Source: Eledone cirrhosa
Lineage: Eukaryota
Length of the DNA stretch: 64,000 nucleotides
Direction of reading: 5' to 3'
Assembly: GCA_964016885.1 (NCBI GenBank)
Contig: OZ024743.1
Coordinates: 270,134,001 to 270,198,000, forward strand
A program made the position numbers and the translations under genes. Shown piece after piece: positions 11,901 to 25,129 of the stretch. Within the stretch, counting starts at the first letter, position 1. Each line of letters begins with the position of its first letter. The notes beneath the pieces were generated by a model, which worked only from the letters and a program-made list of their open reading frames with translations, did no database searches and had not been told where the DNA came from.

Positions 11901-14629
11901 AGTAGTGTTTGAGGTGGTGTTGATGTTAGTGGTGTTGGTAGTAGTGTTTGAGGTGGTGGTGGTGTTAGTGGTGTTGGTAGTAGTGTTTGAGGTGGTGTTG
12001 AGGTTAGCGGTGTTGGTAGTAGTGTTTGAGGAGGTGTTGTTGTTAGTGGTGTTGGTAGTAGTGTTTGAGGTGGTGTTGATGTTAGTGGTGTTGGTAGTAG
12101 TGTTTGAGGAGGTGTTGATGTTAGTGGTGTTGGTAGTAGTGTTTGAGGTGGTGTTGATGTTAGTGGTGTTGGGGGTAGTGTTTGAGGTGGTGTTGGTGTT
12201 AGTGGTGTTGGTAGTAGTGTTTGAGGTGGTGTTCATGTTAGTGGTGTTGGTAGTAGTGTTTGAGGTGGTGTTGATGTTAGTGGTGTTGGGGGTAGTGTTT
12301 GAGGTGGTGTTGGTGTTAGTGGTGTTGGTAGTAGTGTTTGAGGTTGTGTTGATGTTAGCGGTGTTGGTAGTAGTGTTTGAGGTGGTGTTGATGTTAGTGG
12401 TGTTGGGGGTAGTGTTTGAGGTGGTGTTGGTGTTAGTGGTGTTGGTAGTAGTGTTTGAGGTGGTGTTGATGTTAGTGGTATTGGTAGTAGTGTTTGAGGT
12501 GGTGTTGATGTTAGTGGTGTTGGTAGTAGAGTTTGAGGAGGTGTTGATGTTAGTGGTGTTGGTAGTAGTGTTTGAGGTGGTGTTGATGTTAGTGGAGTTG
12601 GTAGTAGTGTTTGAGGTGGTGTTGATGTTAGTGTTGTTGGTAGTAGTGTTTCAGGTGGTGTTGATGTTAGTGGTGTTGGTAGTAGTGTTTGAGGTGGTGT
12701 TGATGCTAGAGGTGTTGGTAGTAGTGTTTGAGGTGGTGTTGATGTTAGTGGTGTTGGTAGTAGTGTTTGAGGTGGTGTTGATGTTAGTGGTGTTGGTAGT
12801 AGTGTTTCAGGTGGTGTTGATGTTAGAGGTGTTGGTAGTAGTGTTTGAGGTGGTGTTGATGTTAGTGGTGTTGGTAGTAGTGTTTGAGGTGGTGTTGATG
12901 TTAGTGGTGTTGGTAGTAGTGTTTGACGTGGTGTTGATGTTAGTGGTGTTGGTAGTAGTGTTTGAGGTGGTGTTGATGTTAGTGGTGTTGGTAGTAGTGT
13001 TTCAGGTGGTGTTGATGTTAGTGGTGTTGGTAGTAGTGTTTGAGGTGGTGTTGATGCTAGAGGTGTTGGTAGTAGTGTTTGAGGTGGTGTTGATGTTAGT
13101 GGTGTTGGTAGTAGTGTTTGAGGTGGTGTTGATGTTAGTGGTGTTGGTAGTAGTGTTTGAGGTGGTGTTGATGTTAGAGGTGTTGGTAGTAGTGTTTGAG
13201 GTGGTGTTGATGTTAGTGGTGTTGGTAGTAGTGTTTGAGGTGGTGTTGATGTTAGTGGTGTTGGTAGTAGTGTTTGACGTGGTGTTGATGTTAGTGGTGT
13301 TGGTAGTAGTGTTTGAGGTGGTGTTGATGTTAGTGGTGTTGGTAGTAGTGTTTGAGGTGGTGTTGATGTTAGTGGTGTTGGTAGTAGTGTTTGAGGTGGT
13401 GTTGATGTTAGTGGTGTTGGTAGTAGTGTTTGAGGAGGTGTTGATGTTAGTGGTGTTGGGTGTAGTGTTTGAGGTGGTGTTGATGTTAGCGGTGTTGGTA
13501 GTAGTGTTTGAGCTGGTGTTGATGTTAGTGGTGTTGGTAGTAGTGTTTGAGGTGGTGGTGGTGTTAGTGGTGTTGGTAGTAGTGATTGAGGTTGTGTTGA
13601 TGTTAGCGGTGTTGGTAGTAGTGTTTGAGGTGGTGTTGATGTTAGTGGTGTTGGGGGTAGTGTTTGAGGTGGTGTTGGTGTTAGTGGTGTTGGTAGTAGT
13701 GTTTGAGGTGGTGTTGATGTTAGTGGTATTGGTAGTAGTGTTTGAGGTGGTGTTGATGTTAGTGGTGTTGGTAGTAGTGTTTGAGGTGGTGTTGATGTTA
13801 GTGGTGTTGGGGGTAGTGTTTGAGGTGGTGTTGATGTTAGTGGTGTTGGTAGTAGTGTTTGAGGTGGTGTTGATGTTAGTGGTGTTGGTAGTAGTGTTTG
13901 AGGTGGTGTTGATGTTAGTGGTGTTGGTAGTAGTGTTTGAGGAGGTGTTGATGTTAGTGGTGTTGGGTGTAGTGTTTGAGGTGGTGTTGATGTTAGCGGT
14001 GTTGGTAGTAGTGTTTGAGGTGGTGTTGATGTTAGTGGTGTTGGTAGTAGTGTTTGAGGTGGTGGTGGTGTTAGTGGTGTTGGTAGTAGTGTTTGAGGTG
14101 GTGGTGGTGTTAGTGGTGTTGGTAGTAGTGTTTGAGGTGGTGTTGATGTTAGCGGTGTTGGTAGTAGTGTTTGAGGAGGTGTTGATGTTAGTGGTGTTGG
14201 TAGTAGTGTTTGAGGTGGTGTTGATGTTAGTGGTGTTCGTAGTAGTGTTTGAGGAGGTGTTGATGTTAGTGGTGTTGGTAGTAGTGTTTGAGGTGGTGTT
14301 GATGTTAGTGGTGTTGGGGGTAGTGTTTGAGGTGGCGTTGGTGTTAGTGGTGTTGGTAGTAGTGTTTGAGGTGGTGTTGATGTTAGTGGTGTTGGTAGTA
14401 GTGTTTGAGGTGGTGTTGATGTTAGTGGTGTTGGGGGTAGTGTTTCAGGTGGTGTTGGTGTTAGTAGAAGTGTTTGAGGTGGTGTTGATGTTAGCGGTGT
14501 TGGTAGTAGTGTTTGAGGTGGTGTTGATGTTAGTGGTGTTGGTAGTAGTGTTTGAGGTGGTGTTGGTGTTAGTGGTGTTGGTAGTAGTGTTTGAGGTGGT
14601 GTTCATGTTAGTGGTGTTGGTAGTAGTGT

Positions 14630-17600
14630 TTGAGGTGGTGTTGATGTTAGTGGTGTTGGGGGTAGTGTTTGAGGTGGTGTTGGTGTTAGTGGTGTTGGTA
14701 GTAGTGTTTGAGGTTGTGTTGATGTTAGCGGTGTTGGTAGTAGTGTTTGAGGTGGTGTTGATGTTAGTGGTGTTGGGGGTAGTGTTTGAGGTGGTGTTGG
14801 TGTTAGTGGTGTTGGTAGTAGTGTTTGAGGTGGTGTTGATGTTAGTGGTATTGGTAGTAGTGTTTGAGGTGGTGTTGATGTTAGTGGTGTTGGTAGTAGA
14901 GTTTGAGGAGGTGTTGATGTTAGTGGTGTTGGTAGTAGTGTTTGAGGTGGTGTTGATGTTAGTGGATTTGGTAGTAGTGTTTGAGGTGGTGTTGATGTTA
15001 GTGTTCTTGGTAGTAGTGTTTCAGGTGGTGTTGATGTTAGTGGTGTTGGTAGTAGTGTTTGAGGTGGTGTTGATGCTAGTGGTGTTGGTAGTAGTGTTTG
15101 AGGTGGTGTTGATGTTAGTGGTGTTGGTAGTAGTGTTTGAGGTGGTGTTGATGTTAGTGGTGTTGGTAGTAGTGTTTGAGGTGGTGTTGATGTTAGAGGT
15201 GTTGGTAGTAGTGTTTGAGGTGGTGTTGATGTTAGTGGTGTTGGTAGTAGTGTTTGAGGTGGTGTTGATGTTAGTGGTGTTGGTAGTAGTGTTTGACGTG
15301 GTGTTGATGTTAGTGGTGTTGGTAGTAGTGTTTGAGGTGGTGTTGATGTTAGTGGTGTTGGTAGTAGTGTTTCAGGTGGTGTTGATGTTAGTGGTGTTGG
15401 TAGTAGTGTTTGAGGTGGTGTTGATGCTAGAGGTGTTGGTAGTAGTGTTTGAGGTGGTGTTGATGTTAGTGGTGTTGGTAGTAGTGTTTGAGGTGGTGTT
15501 GATGTTAGTGGTGTTGGTAGTAGTGTTTGAGGTGGTGTTGATGTTAGAGGTGTTGGTAGTAGTGTTTGAGGTGGTGTTGATGTTAGTGGTGTTGGTAGTA
15601 CTGTTTGAGGTGGTGTTGATGTTAGTGGTGTTGGTAGTAGTGTTTGACGTGGTGTTGATGTTAGTGGTGTTGGTAGTAGTGTTTGAGGTGGTGTTGATGT
15701 TAGTGGTGTTGGTAGTAGTGTTTGAGGTGGTGTTGATGTTAGTGGTGTTGGTAGTAGTGTTTGAGGTGGTGTTGATGTTAGTGGTGTTGGTAGTAGTGTT
15801 TGAGGAGGTGTTGATGTTAGTGGTGTTGGGTGTAGTGTTTGAGGTGGTGTTGATGTTAGCGGTGTTGGTAGTAGTGTTTGAGCTGGTGTTGATGTTAGTG
15901 GTGTTGGTAGTAGTGTTTGAGGTGGTGGTGGTGTTAGTGGTGTTGGTAGTAGTGTTTGAGGTTGTGTTGATGTTAGCGGTGTTGGTAGTAGTGTTTGAGG
16001 TGGTGTTGATGTTAGTGGTGTTGGGGGTAGTGTTTGAGGTGGTGTTGGTGTTAGTGGTGTTGGTAGTAGTGTTTGAGGTGGTGTTGATGTTAGTGGTATT
16101 GGTAGTAGTGTTTGAGGTGGTGTTGATGTTAGTGGTGTTGGTAGTAGTGTTTGAGGTGGTGTTGATGTTAGTGGTGTTGGGGGTAGTGTTTGAGGTGGTG
16201 TTGATGTTAGTGGTGTTGGTAGTAGTGTTTGAGGTGGTGTTGATGTTAGTGGTGTTGGTAGTAGTGTTTGAGGTGGTGTTGATGTTAGTGGTGTTGGTAG
16301 TAGTGTTTGAGGAGGTGTTGATGTTTGTGGTGTTGGGTGTAGTGTTTGAGGTGGTGTTGATGTTAGCGGTGTTGGTAGTAGTGTTTGAGGTGGTGTTGAT
16401 GTTAGTGGTGTTGGTAGTAGTGTTTGAGGTGGTGGTGGTGTTAGTGGTGTTGGTAGTAGTGTTTGAGGTGGTGTTGATGTTAGCGGTGTTGGTAGTAGTG
16501 TTTGAGGAGGTGTTGATGTTAGTGGTGTTGGTAGTAGTGTTTGAGGTGGTGTTGATGTTAGTGGTGTTCGTAGTAGTGTTTGAGGAGGTGTTGATGTTAG
16601 TGGTGTTGGTAGTAGTGTTTGAGGTGGTGTTGATGTTAGTGGTGTTGGGTGTAGTGTTTGAGGTGGCGTTGGTGTTAGTGGTGTTGGTAGTAGTGTTTGA
16701 GGTGGTGTTGATGTTAGTGGTGTTGGTAGTAGTGTTTGAGGTGGTGTTGATGTTAGTGGTGTTGGGGGTAGTGTTTGAGGTGGTGTTGGTGTTAGTGGTG
16801 TTGGTAGTAGTGTTTGAGGTTGTGTTGATGTTAGCGGTGTTGGTAGTAGTGTTTGAGGTGGTGTTGATGTTAGTGGTGTTGGGGGTAGTGTTTGAGGTGG
16901 TGTTGGTGTTAGTGGTGTTGGTAGTAGTGTTTGAGGTGGTGTTGATGTTAGTGGTATTGGTAGTAGTGTTTGAGGTGGTGTTGATGTTAGTGGTGTTGGT
17001 AGTAGAGTTTGAGGAGGTGTTGATGTTAGTGGTGTTGGTAGTAGTGTTTGAGGTGGTGTTGATGTTAGTGGATTTGGTAGTAGTGTTTGAGGTGGTGTTG
17101 ATGTTAGTGTTCTTGGTAGTAGTGTTTCAGGTGGTGTTGATGTTAGTGGTGTTGGTAGTAGTGTTTGAGGTGGTGTTGATGCTAGTGGTGTTGGTAGTAG
17201 TGTTTGAGGTGGTGTTGATGTTAGTGGTGTTGGTAGTAGTGTTTGAGGTGGTGTTGATGTTAGTGGTGTTGGTAGTAGTGTTTGAGGTGGTGTTGATGTT
17301 AGAGGTGTTGGTAGTAGTGTTTGAGGTGGTGTTGATGTTAGTGGTGTTGGTAGTAGTGTTTGAGGTGGTGTTGATGTTAGTGGTGTTGGTAGTAGTGTTT
17401 GACGTGGTGTTGATGTTAGTGGTGTTGGTAGTAGTGTTTGAGGTGGTGTTGATGTTAGTGGTGTTGGTAGTAGTGTTTCAGGTGGTGTTGATGTTAGTGG
17501 TGTTGGTAGTAGTGTTTGAGGTGGTGTTGATGCTAGAGGTGTTGGTAGTAGTGTTTGAGGTGGTGTTGATGTTAGTGGTGTTGGTAGTAGTGTTTGAGGT

Positions 17601-18880
17601 GGTGTTGATGTTAGTGGTGTTGGTAGTAGTGTTTGAGGTGGTGTTGATGTTAGAGGTGTTGGTAGTAGTGTTTGAGGTGGTGTTGATGTTAGTGGTGTTG
17701 GTAGTACTGTTTGAGGTGGTGTTGATGTTAGTGGTGTTGGTAGTAGTGTTTGACGTGGTGTTGATGTTAGTGGTGTTGGTAGTAGTGTTTGAGGTGGTGT
17801 TGATGTTAGTGGTGTTGGTAGTAGTGTTTGAGGTGGTGTTGATGTTAGTGGTGTTGGTAGTAGTGTTTGAGGTGGTGTTGATGTTAGTGGTGTTGGTAGT
17901 AGTGTTTGAGGAGGTGTTGATGTTAGTGGTGTTGGGTGTAGTGTTTGAGGTGGTGTTGATGTTAGCGGTGTTGGTAGTAGTGTTTGAGCTGGTGTTGATG
18001 TTAGTGGTGTTGGTAGTAGTGTTTGAGGTGGTGGTGGTGTTAGTGGTGTTGGTAGTAGTGTTTGAGGTTGTGTTGATGTTAGCGGTGTTGGTAGTAGTGT
18101 TTGAGGTGGTGTTGATGTTAGTGGTGTTGGGGGTAGTGTTTGAGGTGGTGTTGGTGTTAGTGGTGTTGGTAGTAGTGTTTGAGGTGGTGTTGATGTTAGT
18201 GGTATTGGTAGTAGTGTTTGAGGTGGTGTTGATGTTAGTGGTGTTGGTAGTAGTGTTTGAGGTGGTGTTGATGTTAGTGGTGTTGGGGGTAGTGTTTGAG
18301 GTGGTGTTGATGTTAGTGGTGTTGGTAGTAGTGTTTGAGGTGGTGTTGATGTTAGTGGTGTTGGTAGTAGTGTTTGAGGTGGTGTTGATGTTAGTGGTGT
18401 TGGTAGTAGTGTTTGAGGAGGTGTTGATGTTTGTGGTGTTGGGTGTAGTGTTTGAGGTGGTGTTGATGTTAGCGGTGTTGGTAGTAGTGTTTGAGGTGGT
18501 GTTGATGTTAGTGGTGTTGGTAGTAGTGTTTGAGGTGGTGGTGGTGTTAGTGGTGTTGGTAGTAGTGTTTGAGGTGGTGTTGATGTTAGCGGTGTTGGTA
18601 GTAGTGTTTGAGGAGGTGTTGATGTTAGTGGTGTTGGTAGTAGTGTTTGAGGTGGTGTTGATGTTAGTGGTGTTCGTAGTAGTGTTTGAGGAGGTGTTGA
18701 TGTTAGTGGTGTTGGTAGTAGTGTTTGAGGTGGTGTTGATGTTAGTGGTGTTGGGTGTAGTGTTTGAGGTGGCGTTGGTGTTAGTGGTGTTGGTAGTAGT
18801 GTTTGAGGTGGTGTTGATGTTAGTGGTGTTGGTAGTAGTGTTTGAGGTGGTGTTGATGTTAGTGGTGTTGGGGGTAGTGT
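14630..18880. repeat. Near-perfect tandem duplication of a 54-monomer (2106-bp) block
   Basis: Private markers at a constant offset of 2106: GATTTG 14965/17071, CTGTTT 15601/17707, ATGTTTGTG 16321/18427, plus GTGTTCTTG, TTCGTA and GTGGCGTTG. Confidence 0.92.
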
Positions 18881-19999
18881 TTCAGGTGGTGTTGGTGTTA
18901 GTAGAAGTGTTTGAGGTGGTGTTGATGTTAGCGGTGTTGGTAGTAGTGTTTGAGGTGGTGTTGATGTTAGTGGTGTTGGGGGTAGTGTTTGAGGTGGTGT
19001 TGGTGTTAGTGGTGTTGGTAGTAGTGTTTGAGGTGGTGTTGATGTTAGTGGTATTGGTAGTAGTGTTTGAGGTGGTGTTGATGTTAGTGGTGTTGGTAGT
19101 AGTGTTTGAGGTGGTGTTGATGCTAGTGGTGTTGGGGGTAGTGTTTGAGGTGGTGTTGATGTTAGTGGTGTTGGTAGTAGTGTCTGAGGTGGTGTTGATG
19201 TTAGTGGTGTTGGTAGTAGTGTTTGAGGTGGTGTTGATGTTAGTGGTGTTGGTAGTAGTGTTTGAGGTGGTGTTGATGTTAGTGGTGTTGGTAGTAGTGT
19301 TTGAGGTGGTGTTGATGTTAGTGGTGTTGGTAGTAGTGTTTGAGGTGGTGTTGATGTTAGTGGTGTTGGGGGTAGTGTTTGAGGTGGTGTTGATGTTAGT
19401 GGTGTTGGTAGTAGTGTTTGACGTGGTGTTGATGTTAGTGGTGTTGGTAGTAGTGTTTGAGGTGGTGTTGATGTTAGTGGTGTTGGTAGTAGTGTTTGAG
19501 GTGGTGTTGATGTTAGTGGTGTTCTGTAGTAGTATTTGACGTGGTGTTGATGTTAGTGGTGTTGGTAGTAGTGTTTGAGGTGGTGTTGATGTTAGTGGTG
19601 TTGGTAGTAGTGTTTGAGGTGGTGTTGATGTTAGTGGTGTTGGTAGTAGTGTTTGAGGTGGTGTTGATGTTAGTGGTGTTGGTAGTAGTGTTTGAGGTGG
19701 TGTTGATGTTAGTGGTGTTGGGGGTAGTGTTTGAGGTGGTGTTGGTGTTAGTGGTGTTGGTAGTAGTGTTTGAGGTAGTGTTGATGTTAGTGGTATTGGT
19801 AGTAGAGTTTGAGGTGGTGTTGATGTTAGTGGTGTTGGTAGTAGTGTTTGAGGTGGTGTTGATGTTAGTGGTGTTGGGGGTAGTGTTTGAGGTGGTGTTG
19901 ATGTTAGTGGTGTTGGTAGTAGTGTCTGAGGTGGTGTTGATGTTAGTGGTGTTGGTAGTAGTGTTTGAGGTGGTGTTGATGCTAGTGGTGTTGGTAGTA

Positions 20000-21261
20000 G
20001 TGTTTGAGGTAGTGTTGATGTTAGTGGTGTTGGTAGAAGTGTTTGAGGTGGTGTTGATGTTAGTGGTGTTGGTAGTAGTGTTTGAGGTGGTGTTGATGTT
20101 AGTGGTGTTGGTAGTAGTGTTTGAGGTGGTGTTGATGTTAGTGGTGTTGGTAGTAGTGTTTGAGGTGGTGTTGATGTTAGTGGTGTTGGGGATAGTGTTG
20201 ATGTTAGTGGTGTTGGTAGTAGTGTCTGAGGTGGTGTTGATGTTAGTGGTGTTGGTAGTAGTGTTTGAGGTGGTGTTGATGTTAGTGGTGTTGGTAGTAG
20301 TGTTTGAGGTGGTGTTGATGTTAGTGGTGTTGGTAGTAGTGTTTGAGGTGGTGTTGATGTTAGTGGTGTTGGGGGTAGTGTTTGAGGTGGTGTTGATGTT
20401 AGTGGTGTTGGTAGTAGTGTTTGAGGTGGTGTTGATGTTAGTGGTGTTGGTAGTAGTGTTTGAGGTGGTGTTGATGTTAGTGGTGTTGGTAGTAGTGTTT
20501 GAGGTGGTGTTGATATTAGTGGTGTTGGGGTAGTGTTTGAGGTGGTGTTGATGTTAGAGGTGTTGGTAGTAGTGTTTGAGGTGGTGTTGATGTTAGTGGT
20601 GTTGGTAGTAGTGTTTGAGGTGGTGTTGATGTTAGTGGTGTTGGTAGTAGTGTTTGACGTGGTGTTGATGTTAGTGGTGTTGGTAGTAGTGTTTGAGGTG
20701 GTGTTGATGTTAGTGGTGTTGGTAGTAGTGTTTGAGGTAGTGTTGATGTTAGTGGTGTTGGTAGAAGTGTTTGAGGTGGTGTTGATGTTAGTGGTGTTGG
20801 TAGTAGTGTTTGAGGTGGTGTTGATGTTAGTGGTGTTGGTAGTAGTGTTTGAGGTGGTGTTGATGTTAGTGGTGTTGGTAGTAGTGTTTGAGGTGGTGTT
20901 GATGTTAGTGGTGTTGGGGATAGTGTTGATGTTAGTGGTGTTGGTAGTAGTGTCTGAGGTGGTGTTGATGTTAGTGGTGTTGGTAGTAGTGTTTGAGGTG
21001 GTGTTGATGTTAGTGGTGTTGGTAGTAGTGTTTGAGGTGGTGTTGATGTTAGTGGTGTTGGTAGTAGTGTTTGAGGTGGTGTTGATGTTAGTGGTGTTGG
21101 GGGTAGTGTTTGAGGTGGTGTTGATGTTAGTGGTGTTGGTAGTAGTGTTTGAGGTGGTGTTGATGTTAGTGGTGTTGGTAGTAGTGTTTGAGGTGGTGTT
21201 GATGTTAGTGGTGTTGGTAGTAGTGTTTGAGGTGGTGTTGATATTAGTGGTGTTGGGGTAG
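20000..21261. repeat. Tandem duplication with 728-bp period
   Basis: GAGGTAGTG, GTAGAA, the 12-bp-deleted monomer (GGGATAGTGTTG), ATATTA and the G4 frameshift (ending 20533/21261) all repeat. 728 = 19x39 - 12 - 1. Confidence 0.85.
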
Positions 21262-21399
21262 TGTTTGAGGTGGTGTTGATGTTAGAGGTGTTGGTAGTAG
21301 TGTTTGAGGTGGTGTTGATGTTAGTGGTGTTGGTAGTAGTGTTTGAGGAGGTGTTGATGTTAGTGGTGTTGGTAGTAGTGTTTGAGGTGGTGTTGATGT

Positions 21400-22030
21400 T
21401 ATTGGTGTTGGTAGTAGTGTTTGAGGTGGTGTTGATGTTAGTGGTGTTGGGGGTAGTGTTTGAGGTGGTGTTGGTGTTAGTGGTGTTGGTAGTAGTGTTT
21501 GAGGTGGTGTTGATGTTAGTGGTGTTGGGGTAGTGTCTGAGTTGGTGTTGATGTTAGTGGTGTTGGCAGTAGTGTTTGAGGTGGTGTTGATGTTAGTGGT
21601 GTTGGTAGTAGTGTTTGAGGTGGTGTTGATGTTAGTGGTGTTGGTAGTAGTGTTTGAGGTGGTGTTGATGTTAGTGGTGTTGGTAGTAGTGTTTGAGGTG
21701 GTGTTGATGTTAGTGGTGTTGGGGGTAGTGTTTGAGGTGGTGTTGGTGTTAGTGGTGTTGGTAGTAGTGTTTGAGGTGGTGTTGATATTAGTGGTGTTGG
21801 GGTAGTGTCTGAGTTGGTGTTGATGTTAGTGGTGTTGGCAGTAGTGTTTGAGGTGGTGTTGATGTTAGTGGTGTTGGTAGTAGTGTTTGAGGTGGTGTTG
21901 ATGTTAGTGGTGTTGGTAGTAGTGTTTGAGGTGGTGTTGATGTTAGTGGTGTTGGTAGTAGTGTTTGAGGTGGTGTTGATGTTAGTGGTGTTGGGGGTAG
22001 TGTTTGAGGTGGTGTTGGTGTTAGTGGTGT
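21400..22030. repeat. Tandem duplication with 272-bp period (7 monomers minus 1 bp)
   Basis: TTGGGGTAGTGTCTGAGTTG followed by TTGGCA occurs at ~21525 and ~21797. Confidence 0.85.
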
Positions 22031-25000
22031 TGGTAGTAGTGTTTGAGGTGGTGTTGATGTTAGTGGTATTGGTAGTAGTGTTTGAGGTGGTGTTGATGTT
22101 AGTGGTGTTGGTAGTAGTGTTTGAGGTGGTGTTGATGCTAGTGGTGTTGGGGGTAGTGTTTGAGGTGGTGTTGATGTTAGTGGTGTTGGTAGTAGTGTTT
22201 GAGGAGGTGTTGATGTTAGTGGTGTTGGTAGTAGTGTTTGAGGTGGTGTTGATGTTAGTGGTGTTGGTAGTAGTGTTTGAGGTGGTGTTGATGTTAGTGG
22301 TGTTGGTAGTAGTGTTTGAGGTGGTGTTGATGTTAGTGGTGTTGGTAGTAGTGTTTGAGGTGGTGTTGATGTTAGTGGTGTTGGTAGTAGTGTTTGACGT
22401 GGTGTTGATGTTAGTGGTGTTGGTAGTAGTGTTTGAGGTGGTGTTGATGTTAGTGGTGTTGGTAGTAGTGTTTGAGGTGGTGTTGATGTTAGTGGTGTTC
22501 TGTAGTAGTATTTGACGTGGTGTTGATGTTAGTGGTGTTGGTAGTAGTGTTTGAGGTGGTGTTGATGTTAGTGGTGTTGGTAGTAGTGTTTGAGGTGGTG
22601 TTGATGTTAGTGGTGTTGGTAGTAGTGTCTGAGGTGGTGTTGATGTTAGTGGTGTTGGTAGTAGTGTTTGAGGTGGTGTTGATGTTAGTGGTGTTGGTAG
22701 TAGTGTTTGAGGTGGTGTTGGTGTTAGTGGTGTTGGTAGTAGTGTTTGAGGTGGTGTTCATGTTAGTGGTGTTGGTAGTAGTGTTTGAGGTGGTGTTGAT
22801 GTTAGTGGTGTTGGGAGTAGTGTTTGAGGTGGTGTTGGTGTTAGTGGTGTTGGTGTTAGTGGTGTTGGTAGTAGTGTTTGAGGTTGTGTTGATGTTAGCG
22901 GTGTTGGTAGTAGTGTTTGAGGTGGTGTTGATGTTAGTGGTGTTGGGGGTAGTGTTTGAGGTGGTGTTGGTGTTAGTGGTGTTGGTAGTAGTGTTTGAGG
23001 TGGTGTTGATGTTAGTGGTATTGGTAGTAGTGTTTGAGGTGGTGTTGATGTTAGTGGTGTTGGTAGTAGAGTTTGAGGTGGTGTTGATGTTAGTGGTGTT
23101 GGTAGTAGTGTTTGAGGTGGTGTTGATGCTAGAGGTGTTGGTAGTAGTGTTTGAGGTGGTGTTGATGTTAGTGGTGTTGGTAGTAGTGTTTGAGGTGGTG
23201 TTGATGTTAGTGGTGTTGGTAGTAGTGTTTGAGGTTGTGTTGATGTTAGAGGTGTTGGTAGTAGTGTTTGAGGTGGTGTTGATGTTAGTGGTGTTGGTAG
23301 TAGTGTTTGAGGTGGTGTTGATGTTAGTGGTGTTGGTAGTAGTGTTTGACGTGGTGTTGATGTTAGTGGTGTTGGTAGTAGTGTTTGAGGTGGTGTTGAT
23401 GTTAGTGGTGTTGGTAGTAGTGTTTAAGGTGGTGTTGATGTTAGTGGTGTTGGTAGTAGTGTTTGAGGTGGTGTTGATGCTAGAGGTGTTGGTAGTAGTG
23501 TTTGAGGTGGTGTTGATGTTAGTGGTGTTGGTAGTAGTGTTTGAGGTGGTGTTGATGTTAGTGGTGTTGGTAGTAGTGTTTGAGGTGGTGTTGATGTTAG
23601 AGGTGTTGGTAGTAGTGTTTGAGGTGGTGTTGATGTTAGTGGTGTTGGTAGTAGTGTTTGAGGTGGTGTTGATGTTAGTGGTGTTGGTAGTAGTGTTTGA
23701 CGTGGTGTTGATGTTAGTGGTGTTGGTAGTAGTGTTTGAGGTGGTGTTGATGTTAGTGGTGTTGGTAGTAGTGTTTGAGGTGGTGTTGATGTTAGTGGTG
23801 TTGGTAGTAGTGTTTGAGGTGGTGTTGATGTTAGTGGTGTTGGTAGTAGTGTTTGAGGAGGTGTTGATGTTAGTGGTGTTGGGTGTAGTGTTTGAGGTGG
23901 TGTTGATGTTAGCGGTGTTGGTAGTAGTGTTTGAGCTGGTGTTGATGTTAGTGGTGTTGGTAGTAGTGTTTGAGGTGGTGGTGGTGTTAGTGGTGTTGGT
24001 AGTAGTGTTTGAGGTTGTGTTGATGTTAGCGGTGTTGGTAGTAGTGTTTGAGGTGGTGTTGATGTTAGTGGTGTTGGGGGTAGTGTTTGAGGTGGTGTTG
24101 GTGTTAGTGGTGTTGGTAGTAGTGTTTGAGGTGGTGTTGATGTTAGTGGTATTGGTAGTAGTGTTTGAGGTGGTGTTGATGTTAGTGGTGTTGGTAGTAG
24201 TGTTTGAGGTGGTGTTGATGTTAGTGGTGTTGGGGGTAGTGTTTGAGGTGGTGTTGATGTTAGTGGTGTTGGTAGTAGTGTTTGAGGTGGTGTTGATGTT
24301 AGTGGTGTTGGTAGTAGTGTTTGAGGTGGTGTTGATGTTAGTGGTGTTGGTAGTAGTGTTTGAGGAGGTGTTGATGTTAGTGGTGTTGGGTGTAGTGTTT
24401 GAGGTGGTGTTGATGTTAGCGGTGTTGGTAGTAGTGTTTGAGGTGGTGTTGATGTTAGTGGTGTTGGTAGTAGTGTTTGAGGTGGTGGTGGTGTTAGTGG
24501 TGTTGGTAGTAGTGTTTGAGGTGGTGTTGATGTTAGCGGTGTTGGTAGTAGTGTTTGAGGAGGTGTTGATGTTAGTGGTGTTGGTAGTAGTGTTTGAGGT
24601 GGTGTTGATGTTAGTGGTGTTCGTAGTAGTGTTTGAGGAGGTGTTGATGTTAGTGGTGTTGGTAGTAGTGTTTGAGGTGGTGTTGATGTTAGTGGTGTTG
24701 GGGGTAGTGTTTGAGGTGGCGTTGGTGTTAGTGGTGTTGGTAGTAGTGTTTGAGGTGGTGTTGATGTTAGTGGTGTTGGTAGTAGTGTTTGAGGTGGTGT
24801 TGATGTTAGTGGTGTTGGGGGTAGTGTTTCAGGTGGTGTTGGTGTTAGTAGAAGTGTTTGAGGTGGTGTTGATGTTAGCGGTGTTGGTAGTAGTGTTTGA
24901 GGTGGTGTTGATGTTAGTGGTATTGGTAGTAGTGTTTGAGGTGGTGTTGATGTTAGTGGTGTTGGTAGTAGTGTTTGAGGTGGTGTTGATGCTAGTGGTG

Positions 25001-25129
25001 TTGGGGGTAGTGTTTGAGGTGGTGTTGATGTTAGTGGTGTTGGTAGTAGTGTCTGAGGTGGTGTTGATGTTAGTGGTGTTGGTAGTAGTGTTTGAGGTGG
25101 TGTTGATGTTAGTGGTGTTGGTAGTAGTG

